From Adineta vaga (Eukaryota; Animalia; Rotifera), in the NCBI GenBank assembly GCA_021613535.1, contig CP075497.1, positions 11,408,001-11,472,000 on the forward strand: a stretch of DNA of 64,000 nucleotides. The letters are read 5' to 3'. Made by a program: the position numbers and the translations under genes. A model generated the notes under the pieces. That model saw only the letters and a program-made list of their open reading frames with translations, made no database searches and was not told the DNA's origin. Below are positions 26,234 to 41,435 of this stretch, in pieces; positions within the stretch are counted from its first letter, which is position 1; the number at the start of each line of letters is the position of its first letter.

Positions 26234-29048
26234 ATGAAACGAAGGTCCAATTTCGATAGTGTCAAAGTGCGCAAATCTACTCGACGTTCACGTCTTACTG
26301 ATGGTATATATGGAAGGTAATTGCAAAATAGATTCGAGCAAATAAAAACGTTTTTCGAAATTTCATTTCTATTGTTCATATTTTAGTGCTTTCATGTATT
26401 TGAAATTTATTTGTATATGGGGTATTATTATGGCAGCTGATTTTTTATTAGAATTTCGATTCGAATTTCTTTGGCCATTTTGGCTTGTTTTACGAAGTAT
26501 TTGTGATTCATTTAAATATCAAGGATTGGTTCGTTTTTTTTCGAAAGAATTCATTTATTATGATTTATATTTTTAGCTTTTTTCAATCTTCTTCGTATTT
26601 ATTGCATTCATAACCGATCTGACTTGTTATATATTGTTACCAGTTCAATGGTTATTCTTTGCTGCAAGCAGTTATGTTTGGATACAATACGTTTGGCAAA
26701 CAGGTAAAGTTATTTGTCTTTCTGTCGAGAAGAAAAAAATCATTTGAAATTTTGTTAGAACGTGGAATTTGTCTTGGTACAGTTGTGCTCTGGGTGCTTT
26801 TTGTTTGGCTTGAAGCATCTGTACGATTACGTGAAATCAAAACCATTGATCTTTGTCGACCATTTGCTGCTCATTGGTATTTATTTTATTTCTAAAATGA
26901 AAGAAACATATCTACTATCATTCATTTTACTAGTATCGGCTATCCAATGGTAACATTAGGATTTGGTTTTAAAACGTATCTCGCCTATAAATGGCGTTTG
27001 GTAAGAGACGACATTCTTTCTATTTAGTTAATGTTCTGGATCTTTTATTCAATAGAGGAAACAACGTGATGTACGGAAAGTGAATGAAACTTATGTTCAG
27101 TTAATCAATCAAGCATTACCAATTGAAGTTCAACAAGAAGCTGAAAAAGAACGCTTAAGTCGAGAAAAAGGTTTGTTCATTTATCTTTTCATACATAAAT
27201 ATCATTTTTATTCTTTCAATTAGGTACATTTTCTGAAAATTACGAGGATGTATCTCAATCTTCTCTTGATGGAAATTATCCTTCAACGTCTCCCATTTCT
27301 TCGACAATTATACAAAATTCTAGTTCAAATTCTTTACCAAATAATTCAACAGTTAATAATTCCCAAGTCTCATCATCAACGTTTTGTACAGTTTTCAAAC
27401 GTTTATCGAAAAACAATCAATCCGATGGATTATCTTCATCGAATTCAAATACATTTGTACAGTCAACCACACGAAATAATAAAATTCAATCAATGACAAC
27501 AACACCAACGACGAATGGACATGATGACGGTTCTTCATCCTATAAACAACAGAAACAAAATTCAACACTTAACAATGTGAATGGTCAACAGTCGAAAAAA
27601 CAGTCACAAAAATCTTCGACGACATCAACAAATACACAAAGTCGACGACAAGCAAAAAAACAAGAACAAGTTCAAACAGTATCACGAGATTCTTCAACTT
27701 CTCATGTCAATGGCTTCGGAACGAATACATCGATTGAAAATTCAGATATTGAAAAAGAGTAAGACTAACAAATTCAATTGAATTTCATTCTTTTTTTTCA
27801 TTCGATTGATTTAGTCTTCAAATTAATAAATTAGAAGCTGATATTCAACGCTTAAATCAAACCGTTGATAAACAAAAAACATCAGAAATGCAATTACGAA
27901 CACAGATTACCGATCTCAAAAATCTTCGTAAAGAGTTTGAAGATATTCGAATTGAAAATAACGAATTAAAAACAAAGTTTGTGATCCGTTTAAATCCTTA
28001 AAATACTAAAATAAGAATTTTATTTATCTTTAGATATGATGCAGTGAATGTTCAACGTCAACGTGATAAACAACGTCTAACTGAACTTGAACGAAATTTC
28101 AATGAGGAACGACAAACTAAACAGCGTTTAGAATTACAAATCAAAACAGAAAAAACCTTAACAAAGAAACTTCAAGATGATCTAACAAAATTAAGTTTAA
28201 CACCTGCAAAGTTTGTTGTTGTTGTTGTTGTTTTATTCGAAATGAACATCTGATGTTTTCTTCAATTGTAGAAATGAATGTACAGAACAATGTTTAAAAC
28301 GAAAACGAGATTTCGAGAATGACACACGTGAAATTCGTCGGTTACTTAATGATAAAGAAGATCGTATTAAATTATTAGATAATGAAATCAAAGTAAGTCA
28401 TCCGTTTGTAAATATAACATTTGAATATTTATTCAAAAAAGAAACCTTCTAATTACATTTCATTATCATCAATAGTTGCGTGTCATAAAAGAAAAGCGGA
28501 TTGATTCTATTTTAGGCTCTGAAATATCGTGAATCTCAAGCCGATACGGAAGTTCTATATCAACATTTTACACAATTACAAGAACGTAATGCTCAATTAC
28601 AAGAAAGTCTTAGTGCGGAAACTCGAATTAAACTTGATCTCTTCTCTGCACTTGGTGAAGTCAAACGACAACTTGAAATCGCAAACAGTTCGTTGATTTT
28701 CTTTATCTTGAACGAAAACTTTTCATAACAAACTTCGACTTATTTTCAGATACAGTTCGAGAAAAAGAACGTGAACTTATTGCTGCATTACAATCTCAAC
28801 ATTCGGTTACCAATTGTATATTTAATGGTCATCCTCATTCTCGTTGTTCAACATCATCTGGACATTCATCACCGACACATCAATTAATTGATACAAATAA
28901 TAATCCGACAACGACTCCATCATGTTCATCAGCTTTATTTTATCCTCCGACAGCTGTTACACCACCACCATTACAAAATGCCGCATCTAATCTCGATCCA
29001 AATGCTCAAGATTTCTGTCTCCTAACACATTCGACAAATAATAATTAG
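26234..29048 (+). CDS. MACO1: Macoilin (multi-exon)
   Basis: MKRR.., YLKF..W..ADFLLEFRFEFLWPFWL.LRS..DSFKYQGL, DLCRPFAAH; coiled coil with SLSAETRIKLDLFSALG; C-terminal LDPNA. Confidence 0.93.
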
Positions 29049-29688
29049 AAAAAAAAACTGAACGCATTTCAATGAGATTTTCAAAACAATGACGACAGCG
29101 ATTTATATTTTTAGAAAAATATCATCATCTTTCTCGATTCTTCTTTCTTTCTTCTTCTTCTCCTCTCTTCTGGATCGATGTTTATCCTTGATTGTCTCTG
29201 TGTATTTGTTTGTTTGTGTGCATGTGCGTGTGTATGCATTGTGTTATTTTTCTCTTTCTCTATTTAATTAAAGATTGAAAAAAAGACCCGTTTCCTTTCA
29301 CGCATTAACATCTCAGTTCTTCTCTTTTCTATATGTATTTCTCTCTCTTCTTTCTTTATGTATGAAACATCATCATGGTTGTTGTTGTTGTTGTCGTCTG
29401 TTTTGTTTGCATATACAAGAAAACATATTCAAATAATTGACCATATTTATGATGAACTATTGATCTTATTCTTTTATTTCATTGAAATCTTTTTATTTGT
29501 GTTCTCGGTTTTTCAAGAGTTCCAAGTGCAGATTATACTAAACTTGAGCTTGTATAGAAGGAATACGTTAGTTCGGATGAAAAATGAGTATCGCAAAATC
29601 TAAATTTCAGATGAGAAAACAATAGAAATCAATTGACACTTTTCGTTTCTTTTAGATTAAAGAACAAACGAGTGAATTTCATATAAGA

Positions 29689-30928
29689 ATGGTTAATCGT
29701 AAAGTTAAATTATTAATTCCTAAAGATCGTGGAGAATTAATTCCAATATTTTTCGTTATATTTCTTATAGTTGTTTATGTTACATTTGAATTATGTGTTA
29801 TCTTACCAACGATCTATAATAATATCTTTACTTACAAAGAAATCTGTCATCTTATCTTTGGTTTTTATGTAATTTTTAATTTAATTGGCAATTTATTCTT
29901 ATGTATGGCCACAGATACATCAGTTGATACAATCATTTGTCCTGTTTTATTACCCTCACCGTCAATCCATCCATCAACAAATCCCCAACAAGACATTCTT
30001 ACTCATCATTGTAATTGGCGTTATTGTCATCAATGTGAAGTAAATGTTCCGCCTCGATCGCAACATTGTCATTTATGTAAAAAATGTATTTTAAAACGTG
30101 ATCATCATTGTTCATTTCTTGGTCGATGTATTGGTTTTCGAAATATTCGGTATTACATGTGTTTTCTTATTTGGACATGGGTAATTGTCTTCTTTTTTTC
30201 TTTCATCAAATAATTAGTAAATATTGTTGTTGTTGTTGTAATTCTTAGATTGGTTTAGTCTATTGCAATATACTTCATATGGATTATACTTATGAACTTG
30301 TTGGTAGTTTTTCTTGGCGTGTTATTGTTGGTAAGTAAAGATTAGCTAAACAAAAAGAAAGAACGAACGCCTAAAGAAACATCAAAAGCAAATTATGTAT
30401 CGTTCTATTGAAGAAGTCTGTGACCTATTTATCTATTACTTATGTAAACATATTCTTCTTTGGACTAATCAAAGAGAATTTCTTCGAAAGAATAAATGAG
30501 ATAACAGATGTGAATCTCAATACATATTATTTTTTTGATTAGAAACGATTTATTTAACAAATCTTGAACTATATATTTTATTTCTAGCTTGCCTTTTTCC
30601 ATTTGGTGCATGGCTTTTTCGTGTGCTCGATCATTTTTCTCTTTTATTATCATTTATTTGTTCAACATCACTCGTTCTCAGTCTTTATATTTTATTTTTA
30701 ATTATTCAACAAATATTTTTGATTATCAATGGACAAACATGGCATGAGTATGGTAAACGTATTCAGATATACAATAGTTACAAAAATTTACAATCAAATA
30801 TTGAAGTCGTCTTTGGAAAACGATGGTATTTTATATTATTTTCCCCACTTATATCCTCGTCACCATTAGGTGACGGAATGACATATGATTTTGGTGATAC
30901 GCAACGAATGGAAACAAAACGAACATAA
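29689..30928 (+). CDS. DHHC palmitoyltransferase (ZDHHC24/22-like); 3 exons
   Basis: CHQC..PPRSQHCHLCKKCILKRDHHCSFLGRCIG; NGQTWHE; VFGKRW. Confidence 0.9.
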
Positions 30929-31063
30929 TTTTCTTTTTTTTTCTCTGTTACTTTTTGTTGTATTTGGTCAGTATTGATTTATTATAAAGATCAAGACGTT
31001 TTTCTCGTGTTTACTCTTCGATTGTCTCTGTTTGAGAAAAAGAGTTCTTTGCTTCTTCTTCAG

Positions 31064-31633
31064 ATGTCTCTTCCAGGGTCACAACATGCGATGGGTACTG
31101 ATGGAAGTGATTATCAACATCGTGAACGTATTGCTCCACAGTATCGTCTCAGTGCAGAAACAAAATCACGTCTTCGAATGTTGATTTATCTTCATTTTCT
31201 TCTTGGTCTTCTGGTTTTTGCTCATTTGTTAACATACCATGTACCTTTCCTTACCTCATTTTCAGTCCCGCGTCCGCATTTCTGGGAATATATATGGTTA
31301 ATCAGTATTATTCCAGCTGTATGTGGTCTCCTATCAATGAATAAAAATCATGTGTTTTTAATGAAGATTTTCTTTCGTGGAATTGTGACATTTGGTTTAG
31401 GTACAATTTTAACAACAATTATACTCAATTTAAGTGAATTATTCACATTTAAAAAATTAAAAACAAACCATCAATTAGAAGAAGTTGAACCCCAAACATT
31501 TCTCGGTTTACCTTTGTTAGTTCTTTGGTATATATTTTTAATTATTACCGTACAAATTCATGCTTTTAGTTTATATATGGCTAATATTTTATTACATAGC
31601 TGGCAACAATATAAAACAAGCAAACAACATTGA
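31064..31633 (+). CDS. JAGN1: Jagunal homolog, intronless
   Basis: GTDGSDYQHRERIA.QY..S...KS signature and four TM segments. Confidence 0.93.
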   Translation: MSLPGSQHAMGTDGSDYQHRERIAPQYRLSAETKSRLRMLIYLHFLLGLLVFAHLLTYHVPFLTSFSVPRPHFWEYIWLISIIPAVCGLLSMNKNHVFLMKIFFRGIVTFGLGTILTTIILNLSELFTFKKLKTNHQLEEVEPQTFLGLPLLVLWYIFLIITVQIHAFSLYMANILLHSWQQYKTSKQH

Positions 31634-31848
31634 TCTCTTTCTTTCTCTTATTTTCTCTCGTATTTTTTTCAAATTTATTGGGTAGATAAAATGAAAACCC
31701 CGTGCATGTGCAATCCTCGTTTGTTTGTTTGTGACATTTTTTTTCTTCAAAACTCATCTATTAATAAACGACAAGTTTTATCATCATTGGATAGACAAAA
31801 GAAAACCCAAGAAGAAATTCACAAATGAATATCTATATTTCAGACGAA

Positions 31849-33256
31849 ATGTGGTATTTATTGATTTTGTTCGTCTTCCCATCTTGTTCGTTATTGTCGA
31901 ATAGTATGAATGAACAATGTACAAAAGATTCTTGTTCAGCAATAACTTCATCAACTTATTATCTTTTGTATGATGTTAATCATGGCGAAGGTTTCAATCT
32001 TCGTCGAGATGTTTATATTCGAATGGCAAATTTGGTCTCCACATTACGAGAACGAACATTACCTGAATCGAATTGGATTCTTGTTCTTCCACCATGGGGT
32101 CCTCTTTATCATTGGTTTTCCTATGATTTCCAACGAACAAAACTTCCATGGTCATTATTTTTCAATGTGAAAAATCTTGCACAATTTGTTCCTGTTATTG
32201 AATTTGAAGATTTTCTTCGTTTATCTTCATCAGTATCGATGATGACAATTCCATATGTGTTTACATTACAACATTTTAGTGAAGGTTGGGGAGAAAATTT
32301 CGAAGAAAAATTAGAAATACGTAAATGTATTGATGAAGCCATGTATGAAAAACGAAATGATAATTACTATTATGGATGGTTTTTTGGATATGAAGATCGT
32401 GTACGTGTAAAGAAATTCGATTGTCTTTCTGCTCAAGGTTTTGTAACAATATTAGCGGATTATGTTCTGAATAATTTGACATGGTCTCAAGAGATAAATG
32501 ACGAACATCTGATTCGAAGTGTTATGTTTGATCGTGCAGAAACCTTGTTACATGTAGATTATGGCGGTTATAATTATTGGCGAGCACGACGAAGTATGAG
32601 ATATGCTCGACGATTAATTAATCTTGGTGAGAAATAAGTTTTTCTGTTTTCCTGTTGATATCTATCAACAGAAGATTTGTTTTATAGGAAATCGTTTTCG
32701 TACTGATTACTTAAACTCAACAGATATTCATGATCGTACCGTCCTTATCGATGATTGGACTAAAATGAAACGTCATCATGGTCAAGCGTTAGGTGGATCT
32801 TATCTTGGTATCCATTTACGTCGTCGTGATTATGTCAAAGCACGTCCAAATCATGTTCCATCTCTTGAACATGCTGCTCGACAAGTGTGTCATCATCTTC
32901 TTCGTTTGAATCTTTCGATAGCATTTATTGCAACAGATGCAGATGAAAATGAAGTAAATGAACTTCGTCAATATGCATTGAAGATGTGTAATAGAACAAC
33001 AAATCAAATATTAACGTATCGACCTGATGTAAAAATTCTTGAGAAGATTTTAGATGGTGGAAAAGCTATTGTAGATCAATGGATTTGTGCACATGCACGT
33101 TATTTTATTGGAAGTTATGAATCAACATTTAGTTTTCGTATTCAAGAAGATCGTGAGATATTTGGTTTTGAACAAGATTCAACATTTAATCGATTATGTA
33201 CTGATAATGAAGGTATTTCATGTGAGAAATCAACAATTTGGTCAATTGTTTATTAA
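31849..33256 (+). CDS. POFUT2: Protein O-fucosyltransferase 2; one intron at about 32627-32687
   Basis: YLLYDVNHGEGFNLRRDVYIR, LVLPPWG, ARRSM, HLRRRDY, DQWICAHARYFIG..ESTFSFRIQEDREI. Confidence 0.95.
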
Positions 33257-33645
33257 ATAGATCTATTTTTATCTTTTCTCAATGATTTGTTCTGATATCT
33301 GGTATTTCTAAATTTAATTTTCAATGTATGTGAATTCTCAATTGAACAGAATACATTTGTTTTTTGTCAATCATTCTGTCTATGAATCATTAAGTGCGCT
33401 GATTGGTGAAAATACCTGTTAGTGTCACTTTATCAATGAGTAAAAGAAAAAAAAGCACAAAGAACGAACGAAAAGTATGAATGAGTATGTATACACATGC
33501 TTACACTCACCTCATGACATTTTTTCTTTCGTACGACGAAACAACATGATTTGTTGGCAATATATATATATATTGACGAAGCGAAGTGAATAGATATATA
33601 CGCGTGTTTTATAACTGTTTTTCTAGATATTTCTTAGGCTCAAAG

Positions 33646-36290
33646 ATGGAGCTCTTATTTATATCTTTGGATCTAACCACTACTATAATTCTATCTGTAA
33701 TAACCTTAATCGGTGTTTATTGGTTTTGGTTAAAACCACGACTAGCCCCATCTAATTCGTTCAATAATACTATGACAATGATTAAACCTTCAAAATTACC
33801 GTAAGATTTCATTATGTTTAAACTATTTCTGAATAGTTCCTTCTTGTATAATAGAAATGAATTAACTCCAAAACCATCTGGAGCTACACATGAAGGTAGT
33901 TTCGTCGATCGAATGATTCATTCTGGAAAGACGATGGTTGTATTTTATGGTTCTCAAACTGGTACTGCTGAAGATTTTGCTCAACGTCTCGCAAAACAAG
34001 CAAAACGTTATGGAATATCTGCAACTGTCTGTGATCCTGAAGAGTGTGATATGGTTTGTTTGTTTTTCCGATGCACTTTCAAAAACATGATTGGCTTTTC
34101 TAACACGTTGATTTTTCTAGGAAGAATTACAACGTTTAACAACGATTGATAAACATTTAGCTTTATTCTGTTTGGCAACATATGGTGAAGGTGATCCTAC
34201 AGATAATGCACAAGAATTTTACGAATGGTTACGTGAAGATGGTCGAGAATTGAATAATTTACATTATGCTGTTTTCGGTCTTGGCAATAAAACATATGAA
34301 CATTATAATGCGATTGGAAAATATGTTGATAAACGTTTGGATGAAATCGGTGGGGTTCGAATGTGTGAAGTCGGACTTGGTGATGATGATGGAAAGTATG
34401 TTAGAGCATTTTTTTTCTAGGATTTAAAAGTGTTGATGTAATTATAGTATTGAAGATGATTTTATGGCTTGGGCAACTGTCTTCTGGGAAAGTGTTTGTC
34501 AGAAATATGAATTAGTACTAAATGCTGATGGAACTTCGTATGTATTTTTTCGAAAGATTAGTATTTTAAAAAAAGATAGATGAATATATAAATGTATTAG
34601 AATGCGACAATATAAACTCGTTGAAGGACCATTTCCTTCTGAAAGTGTATTTACCGGTGAAATTGGTCGATTGAAATCCTATGAAAAACAAAAACCGTAC
34701 GTTTATTATTGTGTACTTTTTTCGTATTCAACAAAACGTTTTATCTATAGACCATTTGATCTTCGCAATCCATATTTAGCATCTGTTCTTGCTAGTCGAG
34801 AATTATTTCAAAAAGATTGTACTCGATCTTGTTTACATTTAGAATTAGATATATCCAACACACGTATCAAGTAAAAGACATTCTTCTTTTGTGACGAAAA
34901 AATCAAACACATTTTCTACTTAGATATGAAGCGGGTGATCATGTTGCTGTTTTTCCATCAAATGATGAGAGTTTAGTTAATCGTATTGGTGAATTAGTCA
35001 ATGCTAATCTTGATGAAGTTATTTCACTACTTAATGTCGATGGTAAATTGAAAATTCTCTTAGAAAATATCTCGTCTCATCTTCATCTGTTCTTTTATTT
35101 TTTGTAGAAGATGCACAAAAGAAAACTCCATTTCCTTGTCCATGTAGTTATCGTACAGCATTAACCTATTATCTAGATATAACTAGTATATTAAATACTC
35201 AAATACTTAAAGAAATTGCGCAATATGCTACAGATGAAAATGAAAAAGCCCTATTAACATTAATGGGTTCATATAGTGACGAAGGAAAAGTACGTACGAT
35301 ATTATTCGAAAATATATTTTCTTTATCTTTACATTGTGTATTCATTAGATTAAATATAAAGAATGGGTACTTGACGGTTATCGTTCTATCGTTCATATTC
35401 TCGAAGATTTACCATCATTAAAACCTCCACTTGATCATCTTTGTGAATTATTGCCACGTTTACATCCACGTTATTATTCCATATCATCATCACCAAAAGT
35501 TCATCCAACATGTGTTCATGTTACAGCTGTTATTGTTCATTATGAAACACCAACAAAACGTATTGCAAAAGGTGTTGCAACAAATTGTTTCAAAGAATTA
35601 CATGATAAACATCATGTCTTAGAAATTACAGAAGGTACACAAGAAAATGGAACTCATATACCTGGTCGTTTTCCGATTTATATTCGTAAATCAACGTTTC
35701 GTTTACCATTTAAATTTCAAACACCGATTATTATGATTGGTATATTTCGAATTTCGTTTTTTTTTTCAATCAAATAGTTTTGTTTTCTAGGTCCAGGAAC
35801 AGGTTTAGCACCATTTCGTGGTTTTATTCAAGAACGTCATTTTTATAAAACTCAAAATAAACCTGTTGGTGAAACGATTCTCTATTATGGTTGCCGAAAT
35901 CAAGCGGAAGATTATTTATATCGTGATGAATTGAAATATTTTGTTGATGAACAGATTCTTGAATTATATGTGGCTTTTTCACGTGATCAAGAAAAAAAAG
36001 TCTATGTTACACATCTTTTGAAACAACATGGAGAAAAACTGTGGAAATTAATCAAGGATCAGAATGCATCGGTCTATGTTTGCGGGTGAGAAATATTTCT
36101 ATTTTTTTTGTAATCTAATAATTCATACATTGATTTCGATTATAGAGATGCAAAAAGTATGGCTAGAGATGTGCATTCGATTTTAATTGAAATCGCTCAA
36201 ACCTATGGTGAAATGACAAATGAACGAGCAAGTGCATTCGTGAAAGAATTGACACAAAAAGGTCGATATTCACAAGACGTCTGGAGTTAA
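33646..36290 (+). CDS. POR: NADPH-cytochrome P450 reductase (multi-exon)
   Basis: [57 protein letters not shown], terminal DVWS. Confidence 0.97.
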
Positions 36291-36472
36291 TTTCTTTTGA
36301 TTATAAAACAGATTTTACTGTCGTGTTTTCTTTTCCTTTTCGAGTCGTTGCTTTTCTTCTATAGTATTTATTTATAAAATTCCGAATCAAACAAGATTCA
36401 TAGATTATTATTATTATTAAGCTGTTTTTCCATATACTGACAGGATTCATAACAAAAGTCTCGATTCGATTT

Positions 36473-37193
36473 TTAGTTTCGATACATTGTAGAAGCAAAT
36501 AATGCAGTACTAACAAGAATACCAGTTGCAATTGAAACTTGATATTTTGAAACGAATTTTGTCCACGTTGCAAAACACATCATCAATCCAATTGTTGATG
36601 TTAAAGAAAGAAAACTAAATACTTGATCACTCATGGCAATACCATATCTTGAGATGAAAATCGATTGTCATATATTTAATAAGTTAGAAATATGAGATAC
36701 AAACCGACACCAATGAGCGAAATGTTCACAGTTATTGAACATTATGTCGTAACCAGTGAATCCAAGTGCATGATGAGCTCGACGAAGAATTTCATCATTA
36801 GGTAATGGATGAAATAATCGATCTTTACTATTATTTATATATGCAATTGATGAAGACAAGAGAGTATTAAAATCACACAATTCAATTTGCATTTGTTCAA
36901 TCCAATGACCAGATAACATTCGCCAAATGATTTGAAAAATCTATATTTTTTCAATAGATTGATTTGATTATTAAAACTAGTTGTCTAACTTGAAAATTAG
37001 CAAAGAGATTTGAAGGTCCTGGTAAATGTACTATTTGATTCGAACCAATATAAACAGCCCAATGTGAAAAAGGTCCTCGGACATATTCAATCAAATCACC
37101 TGGTACCAATGAATGACGTTTAGTATATGTATCACAACGTTGTAATTTATATGATCGATAAAGAAAACCTAATTTCCAATGAAAATCATTCAT
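36473..37193 (-). CDS. LRAT/PLAAT (HRASLS)-family acyltransferase/phospholipase (3 exons)
   Basis: GDLIE..HWAVYIG..IVHL, Y...NNCEHFAHWCR, SDQV and a hydrophobic C-terminus. Confidence 0.85.
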
Positions 37194-37406
37194 TATTTTG
37201 TTTGTTTGTTGTCAAGCGCCAGAAATGAAAATGAACGAAAGAATTGATATGCATATGAGCAAAAGGTTTATTGAAGAAGATAAAAATTAGTGAACATATA
37301 GACTTAGCACCAGAAGATCAGCTTAGAAAAAGAAAGAAAAGAGAAAAAGAAATTTATGCGTGTGTTTATACTGTTTGATAAATTGATTTGTTGTTGTTGT
37401 TGTTGT

Positions 37407-38721
<1,315 letters not shown>

Positions 38722-38817
38722 ATTTCAAGATTGATTCTTAGAAGATATAGAAAATGTTGATGTTGTTGTGAATAGATTAAACACAGAAGGCAAGCTTCCA
38801 ATGGTTAAGACCTAAAG

Positions 38818-38972
38818 TTATATACAGGCTAGTATTTTTTCTCTTTTTTTCTCCCTCGCTCGTCTTCTCTCGCTTGTTCTCGTATACCGTATTAGGATAT
38901 ACAAGATAGCATATTTGGCATTATCTGTGGTTTTCCTTACAGAAAAAAAAGAACGAAGATTTCCTTTTATGG
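38818..38972 (-). promoter_or_regulatory. Actin promoter with TATA and CArG boxes
   Basis: TATATAA (38824-38818); perfect CC(A/T)6GG at 38963-38972; one-mismatch CArGs at 38887-38896 and 38909-38918. Confidence 0.7.
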
Positions 38973-39030
38973 ACATATAGAGTAGTCCGTTATGAGAAAA
39001 GGGAAACATCATCGCACATATTTATCTATC

Positions 39031-39052
39031 TATATATATATATATATATATA
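39031..39052. repeat. (TA)n microsatellite
   Basis: About 11 TA units. Confidence 0.85.
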
Positions 39053-39907
39053 TGTTGTATGTATTTGACGGTGAACTGTACAAACTCATACGATGCTGTC
39101 CGCCTCGATGTATCGTTATTAGCTTGATGCTATTATAGATAACTCAACTTTCTTTTTCTTCTTGTTAATGTTTATGCATAGCGTTGAAAGAAGAAGAAGG
39201 AAAGAAATAAAAATGGTAGTAATAGTAGCACAAAAAGAAGGCAAGAGTTGGTTATATCCATGCAAATTACCCAAATAGAGATCTTTGAGTATATAACAAA
39301 GCTTCTTCTTCTTCTCTCTATTGACATACAGTACTAATCATGTAGGCAGGAGAATATCATAAAAACAATTTTTGTTGATAGATATTTGCAGTAAACAAAA
39401 TAATAAGATTATATATAGATATTCTGATAGTTAAATGCTGTACAACTTATCATTAAAATAGTTCTATTGAGATTGTTAAGTTATCTCCTTTACAAATCCA
39501 TTCTATGGCATATCCATAGATCAATTTCACAGGATATTCAAATTGTTTCGATCATCTTCATCAACAAAAAAAACTAACCTGAAATATCTATTCATATATA
39601 TGTAGTAATAACAACAACGATAGGAAATCTCATTGAACACGAAGGAAATTATCTTTGTTTGTCATGATATTATGAGTATCAGATGCTTTTGTTATGATTA
39701 TGTAAACTCGTTAATAACATACTGATGAAGAGAATGAAGTATGCATATTTCTTTAGAATATTCCTACTTATTATGCAATACTCTAATTCAACGATCTCAA
39801 AACAGTTGAAATAAAATTTATATCTGAACTTTGTGCTTGTTGTCAAATGAATATTTTGTATTTTTTTCCTATACTATACGAAATTACAATATTAAATGAA
39901 ATGATTA

Positions 39908-40825
39908 TTAAGCAAAATGTTTGATAATTTTATCGATCGCAACTCGACGATAAGAGATTTCATTTTTTCTTTCTTTGGTCATTTCTCCATAAGTTTCTGT
40001 TTCACCTTTTGGTTGAAAAATTGGATCCCAACTAAACAAAAAGCAAGATATAATTATCGAAATTCTACAATTATGTCTTACCCATCATCTTTCGCATAAC
40101 TACCAGGTCGTGGCATGACAATTGTACCTAGAATAAAGGAGATAATCTATAAGAATTCTATTTTTAAATATTCTAGTAAATACCTTCAGCTGTACCAATG
40201 AATAATTCTTCAAAAAGTATTTGAAAAAGAAAACTTTGATTTTTAACTATTGAAGAAAAATATTACTAGGTTCAGTTGGTTCACCATTTTTATCACGTTC
40301 ACCGTAAGCAAAAATAACTTTTGCAGTTGCTCGTTTATCTTCATAAGCAACTAGAATTTTTGAAAGACCTTCCAATTTAAGATCTTCAACAAACCATTTA
40401 ATATATGGACCTGGTAATTCTTTCAACGCATTAAAACAGAGTGAAACATCTTCAATTAACTAAAGATTAAGAAAACTAATCAGATAAATCAACGAATATA
40501 TGAAACATACAACAGGTCCATCAATCATCTTTTGAGCTGCTTTACATTTTTTTATAGAAATCTTTTCAGGTTCACCTTGATATTCATCTAAAAACGAAAT
40601 TTCTTTTATAGAAAGTTAATAGACTCTCTTCTTTTAAACTTACCTAGGTCAATATCTTTAGCAATTAACTATAATGTATTATAAACTATAGAGATTTGAA
40701 GAAAGAATAAAAACTTTTACTTCAAATTTCGGATGACTACCAAGTAGATCATTGACTTCTTCAAGTTTCTTTTTATTTGATGTGATAAAATAAATCTTCT
40801 TCATTTCACCAGATGATGTTGCCAT
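39908..40825 (-). CDS. ITPA: ITPase/Ham1-family pyrophosphatase (multi-exon, missed by the ORF track)
   Basis: Read on the minus strand: [69 protein letters not shown]. Confidence 0.88.
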
Positions 40826-41435
40826 AATAAAAATCGACGTCTCTAAACAATTATTTTGTACTTATATATATATGCACACCAAACGGTTGAGTAGAATAAG
40901 AAATAATCGAACTCATTTTCTCAATCTGAGCTCAAAGGGTAAAACACGTTCTTTATACACGTGATGTCTGGCACCAATGAGAAAATGTCAATGGCGTCGA
41001 CTCGACTGAGAAAAGCTCCTCCACAGACTTGATTCCATTTTTCTTTACTTCTATAGAAAATAATATGCTAGATGCAAGATAAACATAACAAAAGACAATA
41101 ACATATGTTGCAACTCTTAGTCTACTCAAGTAACAATAGATTGTTGATCATAAATCAAATTGAAATTCTAAATTTGAAAGGAAATTCAATGTAAATTTGT
41201 TAGGAGAGAATATTCGACATGTATAAATGATATTTTAACTGAAAGGTGATATAAGATATTGTGGTTGAAGGTCATATATCAGTTTCGACTAGATAAACAT
41301 AAGTAATGCATTATTGTCTGGATCTATTTGTGAAAAATGATTCCGACTGTTGATATCCATATCTGAAATAGAATCAATGACTGAAATTTTCTGTTTATTT
41401 TACATTGAAAATTAGACAAAAAACGAAGACTGTAA

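Noticed and set aside
40021-40090. Apparent in-frame stop in ITPA suggesting a pseudogene
   Set aside because: The stop lies inside a GTAAG..TTTAG intron; splicing restores GWDPIF.
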